64,000 nt of DNA, from the NCBI GenBank assembly GCA_013203315.1, contig JABMQJ010000020.1:32001-96000 (forward strand), read 5' to 3'. A program made the position numbers and the translations under genes. The notes beneath the pieces are model-generated. The model did no database searches and was not told the DNA's origin. It saw nothing but the letters and a program-made list of their open reading frames with translations. The stretch is from Candidatus Omnitrophota bacterium. Its GTDB lineage: Bacteria; Omnitrophota; Gorgyraeia; JABMRN01; RBG-13-46-9. Shown here one piece after another: positions 19,195 to 30,100 of the stretch (its first letter is position 1; every line of letters starts with the position of its first letter).

Positions 19195-20769
19195 TTATTC
19201 TATTTCCTTATACCACTTCTCTATCACAACTTCAGCTTCTTTATCCCTTATCGGAAAACCTATCGGGCTCCAGCGCTCCAGCGGGAAATACTGCCATATG
19301 TACATTCCCTTAAACCAGCTTCTTTTGCTTAGAACTTCGAGGGCCGCGTCCAAACAATCGGCCTGTTCTTTCTGGTCCTCCGGATTTGAAAGCGTTGCCC
19401 ACGGCTGTTTATTCGTTCCGTCGGAACTTACGTATCCGAGCTCTGTAAATATGATCGGTTTATTGAGGTCATTATCTTTTAACCATTTTTCTAAAATGTC
19501 AGCGTGTTTTTCCCATGCTGCTACTAATTCTTCTTTTGTGGGATCGTTTTTATTTGTCAGCGGAAAATAAGCGTCTATGCCTATCAAATCTAAGGCGTCC
19601 CAGAAAGGCATGTCAATATATTCTGTCCAGTTGGCTGAATATGTAATATACCCTGTGTATATTGCCCTTACGGAAGCGATAATATCTCGCCACTCTGCGT
19701 CCCATGCGTCGAATGAAGTGTTTTCGAGTTCTGTGCCTACTGAGAATATTTCCACGTTATTGTCCTGGGCAAGTTTTGCGTAGCGGAGAGCTATTTTTTT
19801 ATAATTTGCAAACCACGCCTTGGTACCTATGATGTCGCCTCTGAATGTACCGTCTTTACAATCTACGTGAGGTTTAAGAAGTACTTTTATGCCGAGGGCG
19901 TGGCATGTCTGGATAGCATGAGCGATTGCACGATCGGTGGGGCTATCGCCGCCTTCAAAATCATGTACAACGATTTCTGTTGAATCTACTGCGTCCTGAT
20001 AAGTCGGAGCCATAATTGCTACGTGTTTTACGCCGATTTTTTTCAAATGAACAAGCATAAGATCAGACGGCACAGAACCGAGTTCCCAATCTGTCCATGA
20101 GGTATACACAACGCCTTTGTGAAATTCCTCCAAGGTCATCGGTGTGGGTTCTTCTTTTAACTCCGCTATGGCTGCCGCAAGCTCTTCTTTTTTCTTGGTG
20201 AGATCTACTACGGGGGTTTTTCTTTCGGGCTCATCGGGGTTTAAACTCTTTGGGCCATATATCTCGAATTCCCATATCGAAACTCCCCAGGTGGAGTTAT
20301 TTCGCTTAAGGCCGATCATCTTGACGTAACGGGCTTTGATAGGTGAAAATTCTATTTCATCTATAACGCCGTCCTGTCCTTCCATTAATACGAGTCTCTT
20401 CCAGTTTTTATTGTCAAGCGAAGCCAGAATTTCGTAATCTAGCGCGTAGGCTGTTTCCCATCTTATGATTATTTTACTCAATACCTTTGGTTTGCCTAAA
20501 TCGAAATAAATCCATTCGTTGTCAACTCCAAGCTGCGAAGACCAGCGTGTGAGTATATCCCCGTCAATAGGCGCTTTGGAGTTTGGAGGAGGGGCCCAGT
20601 CAGGTGTGTCGTCAAAACTTGAGGCAACCGCATCTTCAACCGAGAGATATACAAGAGCGTTCTCTTCGGCAACCTCGGTTACTTCTTGTACCTCTTGCGA
20701 TTCCTGGTTTCCGTATGCGTTCAGCGTGCATCCAACAATAAGTAGGAACGTAATGATATACTTCTTCAT
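19195..20769 (-). CDS. F5/8 type C (CBM32/discoidin) + GH113 glycoside hydrolase, exported
   Basis: IDGDILTRWSS...EWIYFDLG...ARYVKM...SIWEFEIYG, then LKPHVD, VGTEL, YSANW, GIDAYFPL, TELGY. ATG 20769 has an AGGAG RBS. Confidence 0.87.
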   Translation of the reverse strand: MKKYIITFLLIVGCTLNAYGNQESQEVQEVTEVAEENALVYLSVEDAVASSFDDTPDWAPPPNSKAPIDGDILTRWSSQLGVDNEWIYFDLGKPKVLSKIIIRWETAYALDYEILASLDNKNWKRLVLMEGQDGVIDEIEFSPIKARYVKMIGLKRNNSTWGVSIWEFEIYGPKSLNPDEPERKTPVVDLTKKKEELAAAIAELKEEPTPMTLEEFHKGVVYTSWTDWELGSVPSDLMLVHLKKIGVKHVAIMAPTYQDAVDSTEIVVHDFEGGDSPTDRAIAHAIQTCHALGIKVLLKPHVDCKDGTFRGDIIGTKAWFANYKKIALRYAKLAQDNNVEIFSVGTELENTSFDAWDAEWRDIIASVRAIYTGYITYSANWTEYIDMPFWDALDLIGIDAYFPLTNKNDPTKEELVAAWEKHADILEKWLKDNDLNKPIIFTELGYVSSDGTNKQPWATLSNPEDQKEQADCLDAALEVLSKRSWFKGMYIWQYFPLERWSPIGFPIRDKEAEVVIEKWYKEIE

Positions 20770-20859
20770 ATGACTCCTTATATTATACCTGGATAAGGCC
20801 TTTAAAGTGTAACACGTATGTAACAAAACTGTAAATATTTTGCAACAACTGAACCGCTT

Positions 20860-21717
20860 CTACGGCGTTCCATATTCCTTAAGCCCCTTCATCGTTATCC
20901 CTTTCATGAAATACTTCTGGAACAACAGAAAGACGATGAGCATCGGCGTCGTCGCCACCACGGCACCCGCCATGATCGTCGCGAATCTCGTGCCGAACTG
21001 ACTGTTAAGCACGGAGAGGGCGAGCGGCAATGTGCGCATCTGGTTGGAATTTATCACTATGAGGGGCCATATGAAGCTGTTCCACTGCTGCAGAAACGTT
21101 AATATCGCCAGCGTAGCGAGAACCGGCTTTATCAGCGGTAGTATGACGAGGCGGTAGATACCGAACTCGCTGCACCCGTCGATCTTCGCCGCATCCACCA
21201 AGTCATTCGGTATTGACATTATGAACTGCCTGCATAGGAAAACGCCGAAGACTCCCGCCATGACCGGAACGATCAATGCGTTATACGAATTAAGCCAGCC
21301 AAGTTTCCTTATCAGGATGAACCCTGAAATGATGTTAACCTGCCACGGTATCATGAGCGAACCTAAGAGTACAAAAAATATCTTATCCCTACCCCAGAAC
21401 TTGTGCTTGGCAAATGCGTAGCCCGCTAGCGAGCAGAAGAATAAGTTGGCGATGGTAACGGCAGCTGAGACGTATATGGAATTCCAAAGGTACCTCAGTA
21501 TCGGCATAAGCCGGAAGAGGTTCTGATAAGGCAAGACTGTCGGATGTTTCACTATGAACGAAGGCGGGTACGACTGTACTTCTTCGACGGGTTTTATGCT
21601 GGTGACGAACATCCAGACATACGGGATCACTATGACGATCGCGCCGAGTGCGAGGAGCGCGTATATCATACTCTTTGTCGCAACATTCTGGAACCGCTTG
21701 CTCTTCAAAATCTCCAT
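20860..21717 (-). CDS. Carbohydrate ABC transporter permease (MalG-like)
   Basis: EAA-type loop IPNDLVDAAKIDGCSE, LAGYAFAK, WNSFIWPL. Confidence 0.92.
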   Translation of the reverse strand: MEILKSKRFQNVATKSMIYALLALGAIVIVIPYVWMFVTSIKPVEEVQSYPPSFIVKHPTVLPYQNLFRLMPILRYLWNSIYVSAAVTIANLFFCSLAGYAFAKHKFWGRDKIFFVLLGSLMIPWQVNIISGFILIRKLGWLNSYNALIVPVMAGVFGVFLCRQFIMSIPNDLVDAAKIDGCSEFGIYRLVILPLIKPVLATLAILTFLQQWNSFIWPLIVINSNQMRTLPLALSVLNSQFGTRFATIMAGAVVATTPMLIVFLLFQKYFMKGITMKGLKEYGTP

Positions 21718-21832
21718 ATCGCTCGTTTTCCTCTAAAGATATTATCTACCACCCAAACACCGGTCTATTATATCAAAAACTATGTAAAAAGATATAAAAA
21801 CATTATAATACCAAAAGATCACATAAATAATG

Positions 21833-23482
21833 TCATTTTGTCATAGCATTTGAACTCTCGATCAACCTCGGCATTACCTTCTCAATCCCTATCCGCACCA
21901 TTTCCCTCGCTCTACTTTGTGAATCCGCAATAGCATAAATCCTGAACTCCGGTGCGTTCCCGGATGGCCTGAGATGTGATATCTCACCATTATCAAAAAG
22001 CATTCTTATGCCATCTGTATAATTTACATTTTCAGGCTTCCCAAAACCGTCATGCTTAAGAAATGCTTCTTCTATTCTCTTTTTAATAGATTCTCTTTCT
22101 TCCGGGTCTTCCAAATCTTTAGGGGTTAGAAAACTCATTATAGCTTTGCCCATTTCTATAGGAAATTCTTTTTTTCTATCTGCATGCGTAAACCGCAAAC
22201 GAAGTGTTTTTATTAATTCTGAAACGCCTGATCCGCTTTTTACGACCAGATGTATAACGCTTAAAAGCGGAAGTACTGCGTCTCTGGTAGGTAAGGCTTT
22301 AAGGGTTTTATTTCCGATCGTAAGATCGGTTCCTGTTAAAAAACCACCGTTCGATTCCCATGAAACCACGTTCCATTTACCTGAATGACTTTGAATAGAA
22401 TCATTCATTGCGGCAACAACAAAAGGTGACCCAATCTTGGTTTGGGTAAGTTCTATGCCTTTGTCCTTACAGATCTTTATAATAGAATCATTTGCGCTAA
22501 CAGGTACACACGCGGCATCTATCTTTATATTCAAATCTTGTAAACCCAACATAGCAAGTAATCCTAAAATATCACCGGTTATATATTTTACATTGTCGGT
22601 CGGCCTACCTTCTTCATATTCCCTGTAAACCAGAAGAGGCCTATCTGAATCACCGTCTAGAGTTACGCCGATATCGAGATCATTGCTCGCGAGAACCTTG
22701 TTAAAGATACTTAAAGTCTTATCGGACACACTTTCAGTATCAACCGGAACGAACCTCTCACTTCTTAAAGGTTCGTTGCCTATCTTAATATCTGGAGCAA
22801 AGACTTTTGCACCTAAACTTTGGAAGATCTCTTTTACGATGTCCCTGCCTACGGCAGAATGTTGATATAAAAATATCTTTGTCCCTCGAGGAAAAAATTC
22901 GTTCCCGAACGCACACTTGTACCTATCTATATAAATTTGACCGGACTCGCCTGTATAAGATTCAGCTTTTAATAATTTATTAAACTCAGATTCAAATTTT
23001 GCCTTAAAGGCGCCCTTTTTATCAAATATTGACTTCTTTTCGGAAGCAGAATAAACTTTTGTTCTTTCTTTTCTTACATTTTCCAAAATACCAGGCTCAT
23101 CCGATTTTAATATCTCTCCGGTCTCTCTTGTAAACTTTATACCGTTCCTATCCACCGGTATATGGCTGCCTGTAACCATAATACTGGCCATATTATTCTG
23201 CATTGCATAATTTGCTAATGCAGGGCTGGGAACCTGCCCTTGATCGTCTACTATACCGCACATATCAGCGATAGCAGCCGAAACAGCCCTTTTTATCCTA
23301 TACGTACTGGGCCTTCTATCTCCGGCTAAAGCTACAGTATCACCTTCTTTAAATTCTCCGCATGTCTTAAGATACGCGATAAAACCCCTTGCATTAATGA
23401 AACACTCCATATCGGTCATATTTTCGACCGTATCTCTTAAGCCGCTTGTACCGAATTTTAATTCTTTAAATTTCGCGTTCAT
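21833..23482 (-). CDS. Phosphomannomutase/phosphoglucomutase family
   Basis: FGTSGLR, VTGSHIP (phospho-Ser), DGDSDR metal loop, WESNGGF, RPSGNAPE. Confidence 0.9.
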   Translation of the reverse strand: MNAKFKELKFGTSGLRDTVENMTDMECFINARGFIAYLKTCGEFKEGDTVALAGDRRPSTYRIKRAVSAAIADMCGIVDDQGQVPSPALANYAMQNNMASIMVTGSHIPVDRNGIKFTRETGEILKSDEPGILENVRKERTKVYSASEKKSIFDKKGAFKAKFESEFNKLLKAESYTGESGQIYIDRYKCAFGNEFFPRGTKIFLYQHSAVGRDIVKEIFQSLGAKVFAPDIKIGNEPLRSERFVPVDTESVSDKTLSIFNKVLASNDLDIGVTLDGDSDRPLLVYREYEEGRPTDNVKYITGDILGLLAMLGLQDLNIKIDAACVPVSANDSIIKICKDKGIELTQTKIGSPFVVAAMNDSIQSHSGKWNVVSWESNGGFLTGTDLTIGNKTLKALPTRDAVLPLLSVIHLVVKSGSGVSELIKTLRLRFTHADRKKEFPIEMGKAIMSFLTPKDLEDPEERESIKKRIEEAFLKHDGFGKPENVNYTDGIRMLFDNGEISHLRPSGNAPEFRIYAIADSQSRAREMVRIGIEKVMPRLIESSNAMTK

Positions 23483-23498
23483 TCTTTAACCTATTAAA

Positions 23499-23545
23499 AT
23501 TAGGGACAGGCACCTTTAATTCTATTAAAGATATCTGTCCCTAAT
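23499..23545. repeat. Intergenic imperfect palindrome (REP-like hairpin)
   Basis: ATTAGGGACAG (23499-23509) pairs with CTGTCCCTAAT (23535-23545); inner CTTTAAT pairs with ATTAAAG. Confidence 0.7.
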
Positions 23546-23563
23546 ATTTACTTGAGAGTTTTT

Positions 23564-25033
23564 TTAAACCTTGCCTCTGCGATCTTCAAGCCTTCTGCGG
23601 TTTTCCTTGACTCTTTCTTTTGTCAGCTGTACGCGTGAAATAAAAATAATAGCAATAATCAAACCCGCGACCGGCAAAGCAGCTAAAGAGAAGCGTAGCC
23701 AGAATATGGTTTGAGGCGCCTGTATCTGAAGTTTCCAAGTAAAACCTGACCATCCTATAATGAAGCCAGAAAATATAACTCCTAATGAATTTCCCAGTTT
23801 AAGCATATAAGAAGCACAGGCGGTAAAAGAACCTTCCCTTCTTTCCTGCGTTTTAAGTTCATCGTGGTCAATAATGTCGGCGCCGATGGAACTATGCAGC
23901 ATCCAGATAGAAGCCGCAGACATTCCCATCAAACCAGACGCGATCGTCTGGAGCCACTGGATTGCCGGCGTATACAGAAACCATGAACCACCGTAACCAC
24001 ATATGCCTACTAGACAGGCTACAATTAAAGCTCTTCGTTTGCCAATCCTATGTGACATAGCTCCATGGATTGGAACTCCTAAAAGGCCTCCCAGCATAAA
24101 AGCCACGCCCATCCATACCTGCCAATTATTTCCGACAATTTCGTTTCCGCCTGCTACATAAAAACGCGTTACATAGTAACCAAGCGAACCCACCATGCTC
24201 GTGCCTAAAGTAAAAGCAATACCCACAACCATCATCTTGCGGAACGGCATGCATCTAAGGGTTTCACCTAAACCAGCCAGAATGGAAATTTTCTCTTTAA
24301 CCTTTACCACCACTTTATCATAGTAACGTTCTTTAACTCTGAAAAAAATGATTATGGCGAAAATAGCCATTACAGCACCCAGTATCATTGTATACACCCG
24401 CATTGCCAGGAGAGTATTCTGTTTTCCTGTTCCCGGGATAAGAAACCAGGCCAGAGTAGTAAACTTAAAAGCAAAGAAATTGCCCAATTCTGAAATCTTT
24501 TGGGCGACGCTCCGATAGGACATGATAGAGGTGCGCTCTTCATAATCAGGCGACATTTCCGCGCCTAAACTGTAGTACGGTATGGTAAAAGCGCTGATTA
24601 TGGGGATATAAATCATGTTGGAAAGTAAAATGTACCAAAACACCACGGATACGCCGAGGAATTTTATCCCCACCCAGGCCGGCGACATCATAAACAAGAT
24701 CGGCAGGCCTAGTCCACTTAAAATACCGGCGATTAAAATAAAAGGGCGCCTGCGGCCCCATTTGGAACGCAAGTTATCGGAGAGCCACCCCACCACAGGA
24801 TCAATAAAGGCATCAAATATTCGGACTAATCCAACACCCAAGCCCACCAGCCATGGGTCAATACCTAAATACAAGTTAAACACCATATAAGCAACCCCCG
24901 CGTACAACCAGAGGCCCCACATATCAACTGCAGTACCGATACTGTAAGCCGCTTTGGTGAGGATAGGAAGCCGATCTCGCGGAGCCCATCTCCTATCATA
25001 TTTTCTTTTATCAGCAGGAATAGGTGTTTCCAT
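23564..25033 (-). CDS. MFS sugar transporter, GPH/MelB-like family
   Basis: DAFIDPVVGWLSD...WGRRRPFI, SLGAEMSPDYEERT, ADIIDHDE...RREG. Confidence 0.9.
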   Translation of the reverse strand: METPIPADKRKYDRRWAPRDRLPILTKAAYSIGTAVDMWGLWLYAGVAYMVFNLYLGIDPWLVGLGVGLVRIFDAFIDPVVGWLSDNLRSKWGRRRPFILIAGILSGLGLPILFMMSPAWVGIKFLGVSVVFWYILLSNMIYIPIISAFTIPYYSLGAEMSPDYEERTSIMSYRSVAQKISELGNFFAFKFTTLAWFLIPGTGKQNTLLAMRVYTMILGAVMAIFAIIIFFRVKERYYDKVVVKVKEKISILAGLGETLRCMPFRKMMVVGIAFTLGTSMVGSLGYYVTRFYVAGGNEIVGNNWQVWMGVAFMLGGLLGVPIHGAMSHRIGKRRALIVACLVGICGYGGSWFLYTPAIQWLQTIASGLMGMSAASIWMLHSSIGADIIDHDELKTQERREGSFTACASYMLKLGNSLGVIFSGFIIGWSGFTWKLQIQAPQTIFWLRFSLAALPVAGLIIAIIFISRVQLTKERVKENRRRLEDRRGKV

Positions 25034-25077
25034 TCGTTTTCTCCTTTTTGAAAATTTTGCCTTAAAAAATTCTCATA

Positions 25078-26019
25078 TTAGCGATTATAACATGCATCGA
25101 TAAGACGCTCTACGCTTGTGGTAGCCACGCATTGAACGTTATCGGCGCCGCCGTAATAAAGTTTAACTTCGCCATTATCTTCCACTACAGCGCCAGAGGT
25201 AAACACGACGCTCGGAGTTTGCCCCACAAGTTCATACATCTCCTCGGGAATCAAGATTGCGTCTTTAGCCATGGCCTTAACTTTTGCCGGATTCTCCAGA
25301 TCCAAAAGACAGACACCCAATTGATAAACATAATGCGCTTTACATTGAATACGCACTCCGTGAAAAATATTAAGCCATCCTTCGGGTGTTTTAATAGGAG
25401 TGGCCCCTGGTCCGACCTTTGTCCAGGCCCAGTTAATCCCTTCCCAGTTCCTGAACACGCATTCACTCTTTCCCCAAAAGATCAAATCCGGGGAATAAGA
25501 TACCCAGACATCCCCCGTAGGGTTTCCGGTATTGGGCCGGTCAAGGCGCGCGTAGAGTCCGTTGATTTTCTCAGGGAAAAGCACGCCATTTCGGTTATCT
25601 GGTTCAGAAATAAAGCCCATCCACTCGAATTTCTTAAAGTCATCTGTCTTCACCAGGCTGAGGCGACAGGTATGGCCTGAGTGGCCGGCATGTACTATAT
25701 AATATGTATCCCCGATTTTTGTTATGCGCGGATCATAATACATGCTCGAGGTATACTCCTTAAACATCGGATCATCATGGGGCATAGGCACCGGTTTTGG
25801 CCGCGGTTTAAAATTAAACCCATCCTTGCTTTCGGCAATCCAAAAACGGTCAGACAAAGCGGAATTCTCCACCCGGCAAACCATTGTATAAATACCTTTG
25901 TATTTTATGATGCCGGAATTAAAAACATGCTTAATATCTGCCTCAGGGGGGAAATTCTTGCCTGTCAAGATAGGATTCCCCTCATACCGCTTGCATATAG
26001 GATACTTGCTTGTTTTCAT
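25078..26019 (-). CDS. Glycoside hydrolase family 130 (beta-mannoside phosphorylase-like)
   Basis: RYEGNPIL, VFNSG, YDPRIT, DNRNGVLFPEKING, YYGGAD. ATG 26019 has a GAGAGG RBS. Confidence 0.9.
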   Translation of the reverse strand: MKTSKYPICKRYEGNPILTGKNFPPEADIKHVFNSGIIKYKGIYTMVCRVENSALSDRFWIAESKDGFNFKPRPKPVPMPHDDPMFKEYTSSMYYDPRITKIGDTYYIVHAGHSGHTCRLSLVKTDDFKKFEWMGFISEPDNRNGVLFPEKINGLYARLDRPNTGNPTGDVWVSYSPDLIFWGKSECVFRNWEGINWAWTKVGPGATPIKTPEGWLNIFHGVRIQCKAHYVYQLGVCLLDLENPAKVKAMAKDAILIPEEMYELVGQTPSVVFTSGAVVEDNGEVKLYYGGADNVQCVATTSVERLIDACYNR

Positions 26020-26070
26020 GTCAAATTTCCTCTCTTTTTGTACATTGTTTTCATTGTGCAATAAATTGGA

Positions 26071-26099
26071 AGTATAGCATTTTCAGAACTGCTTGTCAA
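26071..26099 (-). promoter_or_regulatory. Sigma70-type promoter for the GH130-MFS-PMM block
   Basis: Minus strand TTGACA-17 nt-TATACT with an extended -10 TG. Confidence 0.75.
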
Positions 26100-26115
26100 T
26101 AAAAGGTTTGACTTA

Positions 26116-27021
26116 CTAATACTCAACCTTCGTCTTTACGAACTTTATGTTGATTATCGTTATTATGAATACCACTACGAATACGATATAACCCAATGCG
26201 GAGGCGTACCCCATCTTGAATTTCCTGAATCCCATATCGTAAAGATAGGCCACTACGGTGAGGGCGGAGTCGAGGACCCCACCTATCCCTAATTCCGACT
26301 GAGTCATGATATAGACTCTTTCGAACACCTGAAAGGACGTGATGAACCCTATTATGACCACAAAGACCGTGAACGGCTTTAATAATGGAAGTGTTATGTG
26401 CCAGAACTTGTCGAAAACGTTGGCTCCGTCGATATCCGCGGCTTCGTAAACCGTCTTTGGAATGGTCTGAAGTCCGGCCAGGAAAAGTATCATATTGTAG
26501 CCTAGACTCGCCCATATGGACATTATCATTATTGCGGGAAGCGTCCAGACCGGGCTCATGAGCCAATCTACGGGTTGTAATCCTACCCGTATAAGGATGT
26601 GATTTATGAGGCCGTATTTCTCGCCGGCAAAAAGCCATTTCCATATTACCGATAATGCTATGACCGATGTTACCGATGGTATGAAATATATGGCCCTGAA
26701 GAAATTTTTAAACCGTATCTGTTGATCGACTGCTATGGCCAAGAGAAGCGATAACGCAGTGCCCAGCGGTATGACACCGAGGGTGTAAAGGCAAGTATTG
26801 CGGACGGACTTCCAGAACCTGGGGTCATTGAAGAATATGTTCTTGTAATTAGCGAGCCCCACCCATTTCGGGGCGTGTATAGCATCGTATTCTGTGAATG
26901 ACCAGTAGAAGGAGGCTATGACCGGCCCGACGACAAAGATTAAGAATAGCAGGACTGCCGGCGCGATAAAGATATAGGACCACTTTGCTTCGTTTAATTT
27001 GGTAAAAAAGCCCTTCTTCAT
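26116..27021 (-). CDS. Carbohydrate ABC transporter permease (MalF-like)
   Basis: FIAPA, WVGLANY, LAGLQTIPKTVYEAADIDGA, HITLPLLKP, MGYASA. Confidence 0.92.
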   Translation of the reverse strand: MKKGFFTKLNEAKWSYIFIAPAVLLFLIFVVGPVIASFYWSFTEYDAIHAPKWVGLANYKNIFFNDPRFWKSVRNTCLYTLGVIPLGTALSLLLAIAVDQQIRFKNFFRAIYFIPSVTSVIALSVIWKWLFAGEKYGLINHILIRVGLQPVDWLMSPVWTLPAIMIMSIWASLGYNMILFLAGLQTIPKTVYEAADIDGANVFDKFWHITLPLLKPFTVFVVIIGFITSFQVFERVYIMTQSELGIGGVLDSALTVVAYLYDMGFRKFKMGYASALGYIVFVVVFIITIINIKFVKTKVEY

Positions 27022-27048
27022 TCCCTAAACTGCCTCATCAGTAGGCGG

Positions 27049-27077
27049 AGTTTACCACAATATGCCTCTATCGTCAA
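27049..27077 (-). promoter_or_regulatory. Sigma70-type promoter upstream of the ABC permease
   Basis: Minus strand TTGACG-17 nt-TAAACT with an extended -10 TG. Confidence 0.6.
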
Positions 27078-27135
27078 TAATAAAAGGGGTTCCTTATATC
27101 AAGTTTATAAGAAGGAAGGTAGGGGGGGGGGTAGA

Positions 27136-30100
27136 TTACAGCGAGCTCATGGTTTGGGATTCGCATCTGCGGAAGTCGCTCATAGCAGTGTCTGCGTCTT
27201 CGAGTTCGATGTCCGGTAGCACGAGTACGAAGGAGCCATTAAGTAGTTCGCTGAGTTTTTCGATGTCGGCCAGTTGCAATTCGGCTTTTAAGGAGTCGTA
27301 GTTTTTCCTGGTCAGTCGGTTAATGGATTCGATTATCGCGTTTACGGTAGCGCTTATGCTTCCCTCATCTCCGTTTCCTTGTTTTTTGAAGTCTATGAGT
27401 TTCGCCATTAAGAGTCCGATCTGCATCTGTGGCACAGCAGGCACATATTCGCCCTGTAGGGCGGCTATGTGCGCACCAAGTTCGCGTAATGACGCTAATC
27501 TGGCCTGGTATTCACTGGCATCTTTTCGTCTGTCGTCTTTTAATATCCACGTAAATACTGTTTCCTGCGGGTTTGCGGCTTTTATGCCTTCGATATCGGT
27601 TACAACCTTATCCATCCTTGCCATGTTCTCATCCGAAGTTGTCCCGTCGTCAACGTAAACAAGGAACTTTATCGGGCCGGATTCGTTCTCTATGTTCATC
27701 CACTTGGCCATGCGATTTCCGGAAGTCTTGAGTCTATTCGCGAAGCTATTGCACTCGCTTAAAACCGAAAACTTATCCGATTCCGACTTCACAGCCACGA
27801 CTACAGTACATGGCGGTATCATGCCAACTGCCTCTACAGCTTTTTGGCCTTGCTTAATAGTTTCCTCGAGATGCTCACGGTCCATAGGTGGGGTAACCAT
27901 TTTGGGTGCGAAACCATAATCTCCGGTGTCTACGCGAGGCGATTCTTCGACAGGTGCTTGTTTCACCGCGAATTCGGGTGGACCAGGAGTAGTAGCTTTT
28001 TTCCTTTGATATTTATAAAATGTACACGCTTCAATATACTTACTAAGAGTTATTGGGACTGTTTTTGAATCAATTATTTCTAAACCCTGAAGCGGAATTG
28101 CATTATCTGACCCTTGTCTTAAAATAACTAATTTTGCATCCTCTCTAAGCCCACGCTCAGGATGACTCATTATGGCGTTTAGCTGGTCAAGGAATTCCTG
28201 TTTATTTTGGTCTGGCTCCGGATAATATAAATATACGATATCATATTCTGAGAAATCTACGTTAGCATTGAATATATCTTTGTGTTCAAAATGCACTCTA
28301 TTTACGACTTCGGTTAAATTTGAGGCAACTTCCGGATCTAGAGTTCCGTCAAAGTTACGCGCGATCATGTTTAAAAACCACTGCCTAACGCTATTACTTA
28401 CTAAGAACAAAGATTCTTCTACTTCCATGCCATCTACAGAAGCGCCGTACGAGGCCATCTTATACGCTGTTGACCCATCGCCTGAGCCAAATTCAAAGAC
28501 TTTTGTGCCATTTTTGATTTCGGCAAATTCTGCTAATTCATCAAATATCTCATTAAAAGTAATTTGAAATTTTCCATACTTAACATTTGTCAATTCGTCG
28601 ATAGTTACATTATTGGTCCCGGGAATTTCCTGTGCCCATCCTAATTTTAAATATAATTCTATATAAAGGTCATATATGCATCTTTTTACTCTTTTTTGTA
28701 CGGTTTCAGACTGATCAACCATGGGCGTTTTCTGTACATAATCTCCTCGCTTCAATGCTTCGCTGGTTAATGCACCATATCTGTCCTCAAATGCTTGCTT
28801 CAGGTCATCGGAAATAGCGCGATTTGACATTAATAATCTTCCGAATTTTTTCAGCTTGTGCATATCACCCCTAGCTGGCTGGCTCGGATCAGCCATATCC
28901 GTCGGGCTCATCCAGAGGGCATCTACGATTGTTACAATGATGTGAGGGTAAGGATTGCCTATCACATGTTGTACTAAGTTTTCCGCACTTGTAGCCGCAT
29001 CCTGTGCATGTTCGGTAAGATCGCTTCTTCCGCCACCTTGAGGTGGGAGTGTCGGTTCCGCCGATTCCCGAACCGCGGGTTGAGATGGTTCCGGTGCACT
29101 GGCTTCTCTATCAGGAAGCCCTACTTCTCCCTCTTCCTTCTTTTCCCATGTTAAAGTTATCCTGGTACCTTTTTCAACTACAGGATCAGGGGCATCAACG
29201 CGCTCTAATCTCAAAGTCGATTCTATCTCTTCGACTATCTCAAGTGAATATTCACCAAACCTTAAACATTTTCCTCTTTTGACCCATCTTTCGCCTCTTG
29301 TCTCAATGGTGACATTATCAGGGAATATAACAATGATTCGCAACCCATAACCCTCATCAGGCCTTTGAATTGTTCCATCATCCAGCCAGGCGCGATGTGT
29401 CTTATCGGTGTTTATGCTTTCTTGCAATAAGGCATCGGGATTTTCCATGCCGGGCCCTTCATCAATGCCTATAACTTCAAGTTTTTTCGAACCCCCTGCA
29501 TCTTCGGTATAGCGTACTTCGATATTGCCGCCCCCGCCATGCATTATAATATTAAATACCATTTCACCACAGGCATCTGTTATGTCCTTATTGTAAATAC
29601 CGAGATTTATTGTATTTAAAAATTCATCCAATGCGTCTACAAAAGCTGTGCCCTGCAGTATCGCTCTTTCTCTATCCGCTTCCTCGGTAAAGTGCCACGT
29701 AAATGCGGGTCCGCCTGCATCTAGTGGAGTAGGTTCGGGTTTTTTCGCCATCGAAAGTATGCCGGCACTGCGAAGCTGTGTTAGTAATGCCTCTGCTCTT
29801 GCTGTATTAGATTCACCGAGGTGCACGCTAATGGCCTGAATAGCTTCATCTCTTTCAATTCCACCATCTGCCCTATCCAACATCACAGCTGCTACTATAT
29901 TACGCAATACCGGATCCTCCGGATAATTCTGCATGAATGTATCTAAAAGATCTCTTCTATCAGCGGGAAGTTGTGCGTAATAATCTTGTGCCGCCGCCAA
30001 TTCCCGAGGCGCGGCTTCGTCTGGCTTTATTTCGCCCGGGCTATATTCAGTGGTGCCTTCCACTGTAAAGAAACTGTGAAATCCTTCTTTTTCTTCTATC

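Noticed and set aside
21737-21832. Roughly phased A-tracts between PMM and the permease
   Set aside because: The stretch is short and AT-rich, and the periodicity is too weak to separate from chance by eye.
27062-27301. 79-aa plus-strand ORF across the G10 tract
   Set aside because: It is mostly antisense to the giant-gene 3' end, with no RBS or recognisable content.
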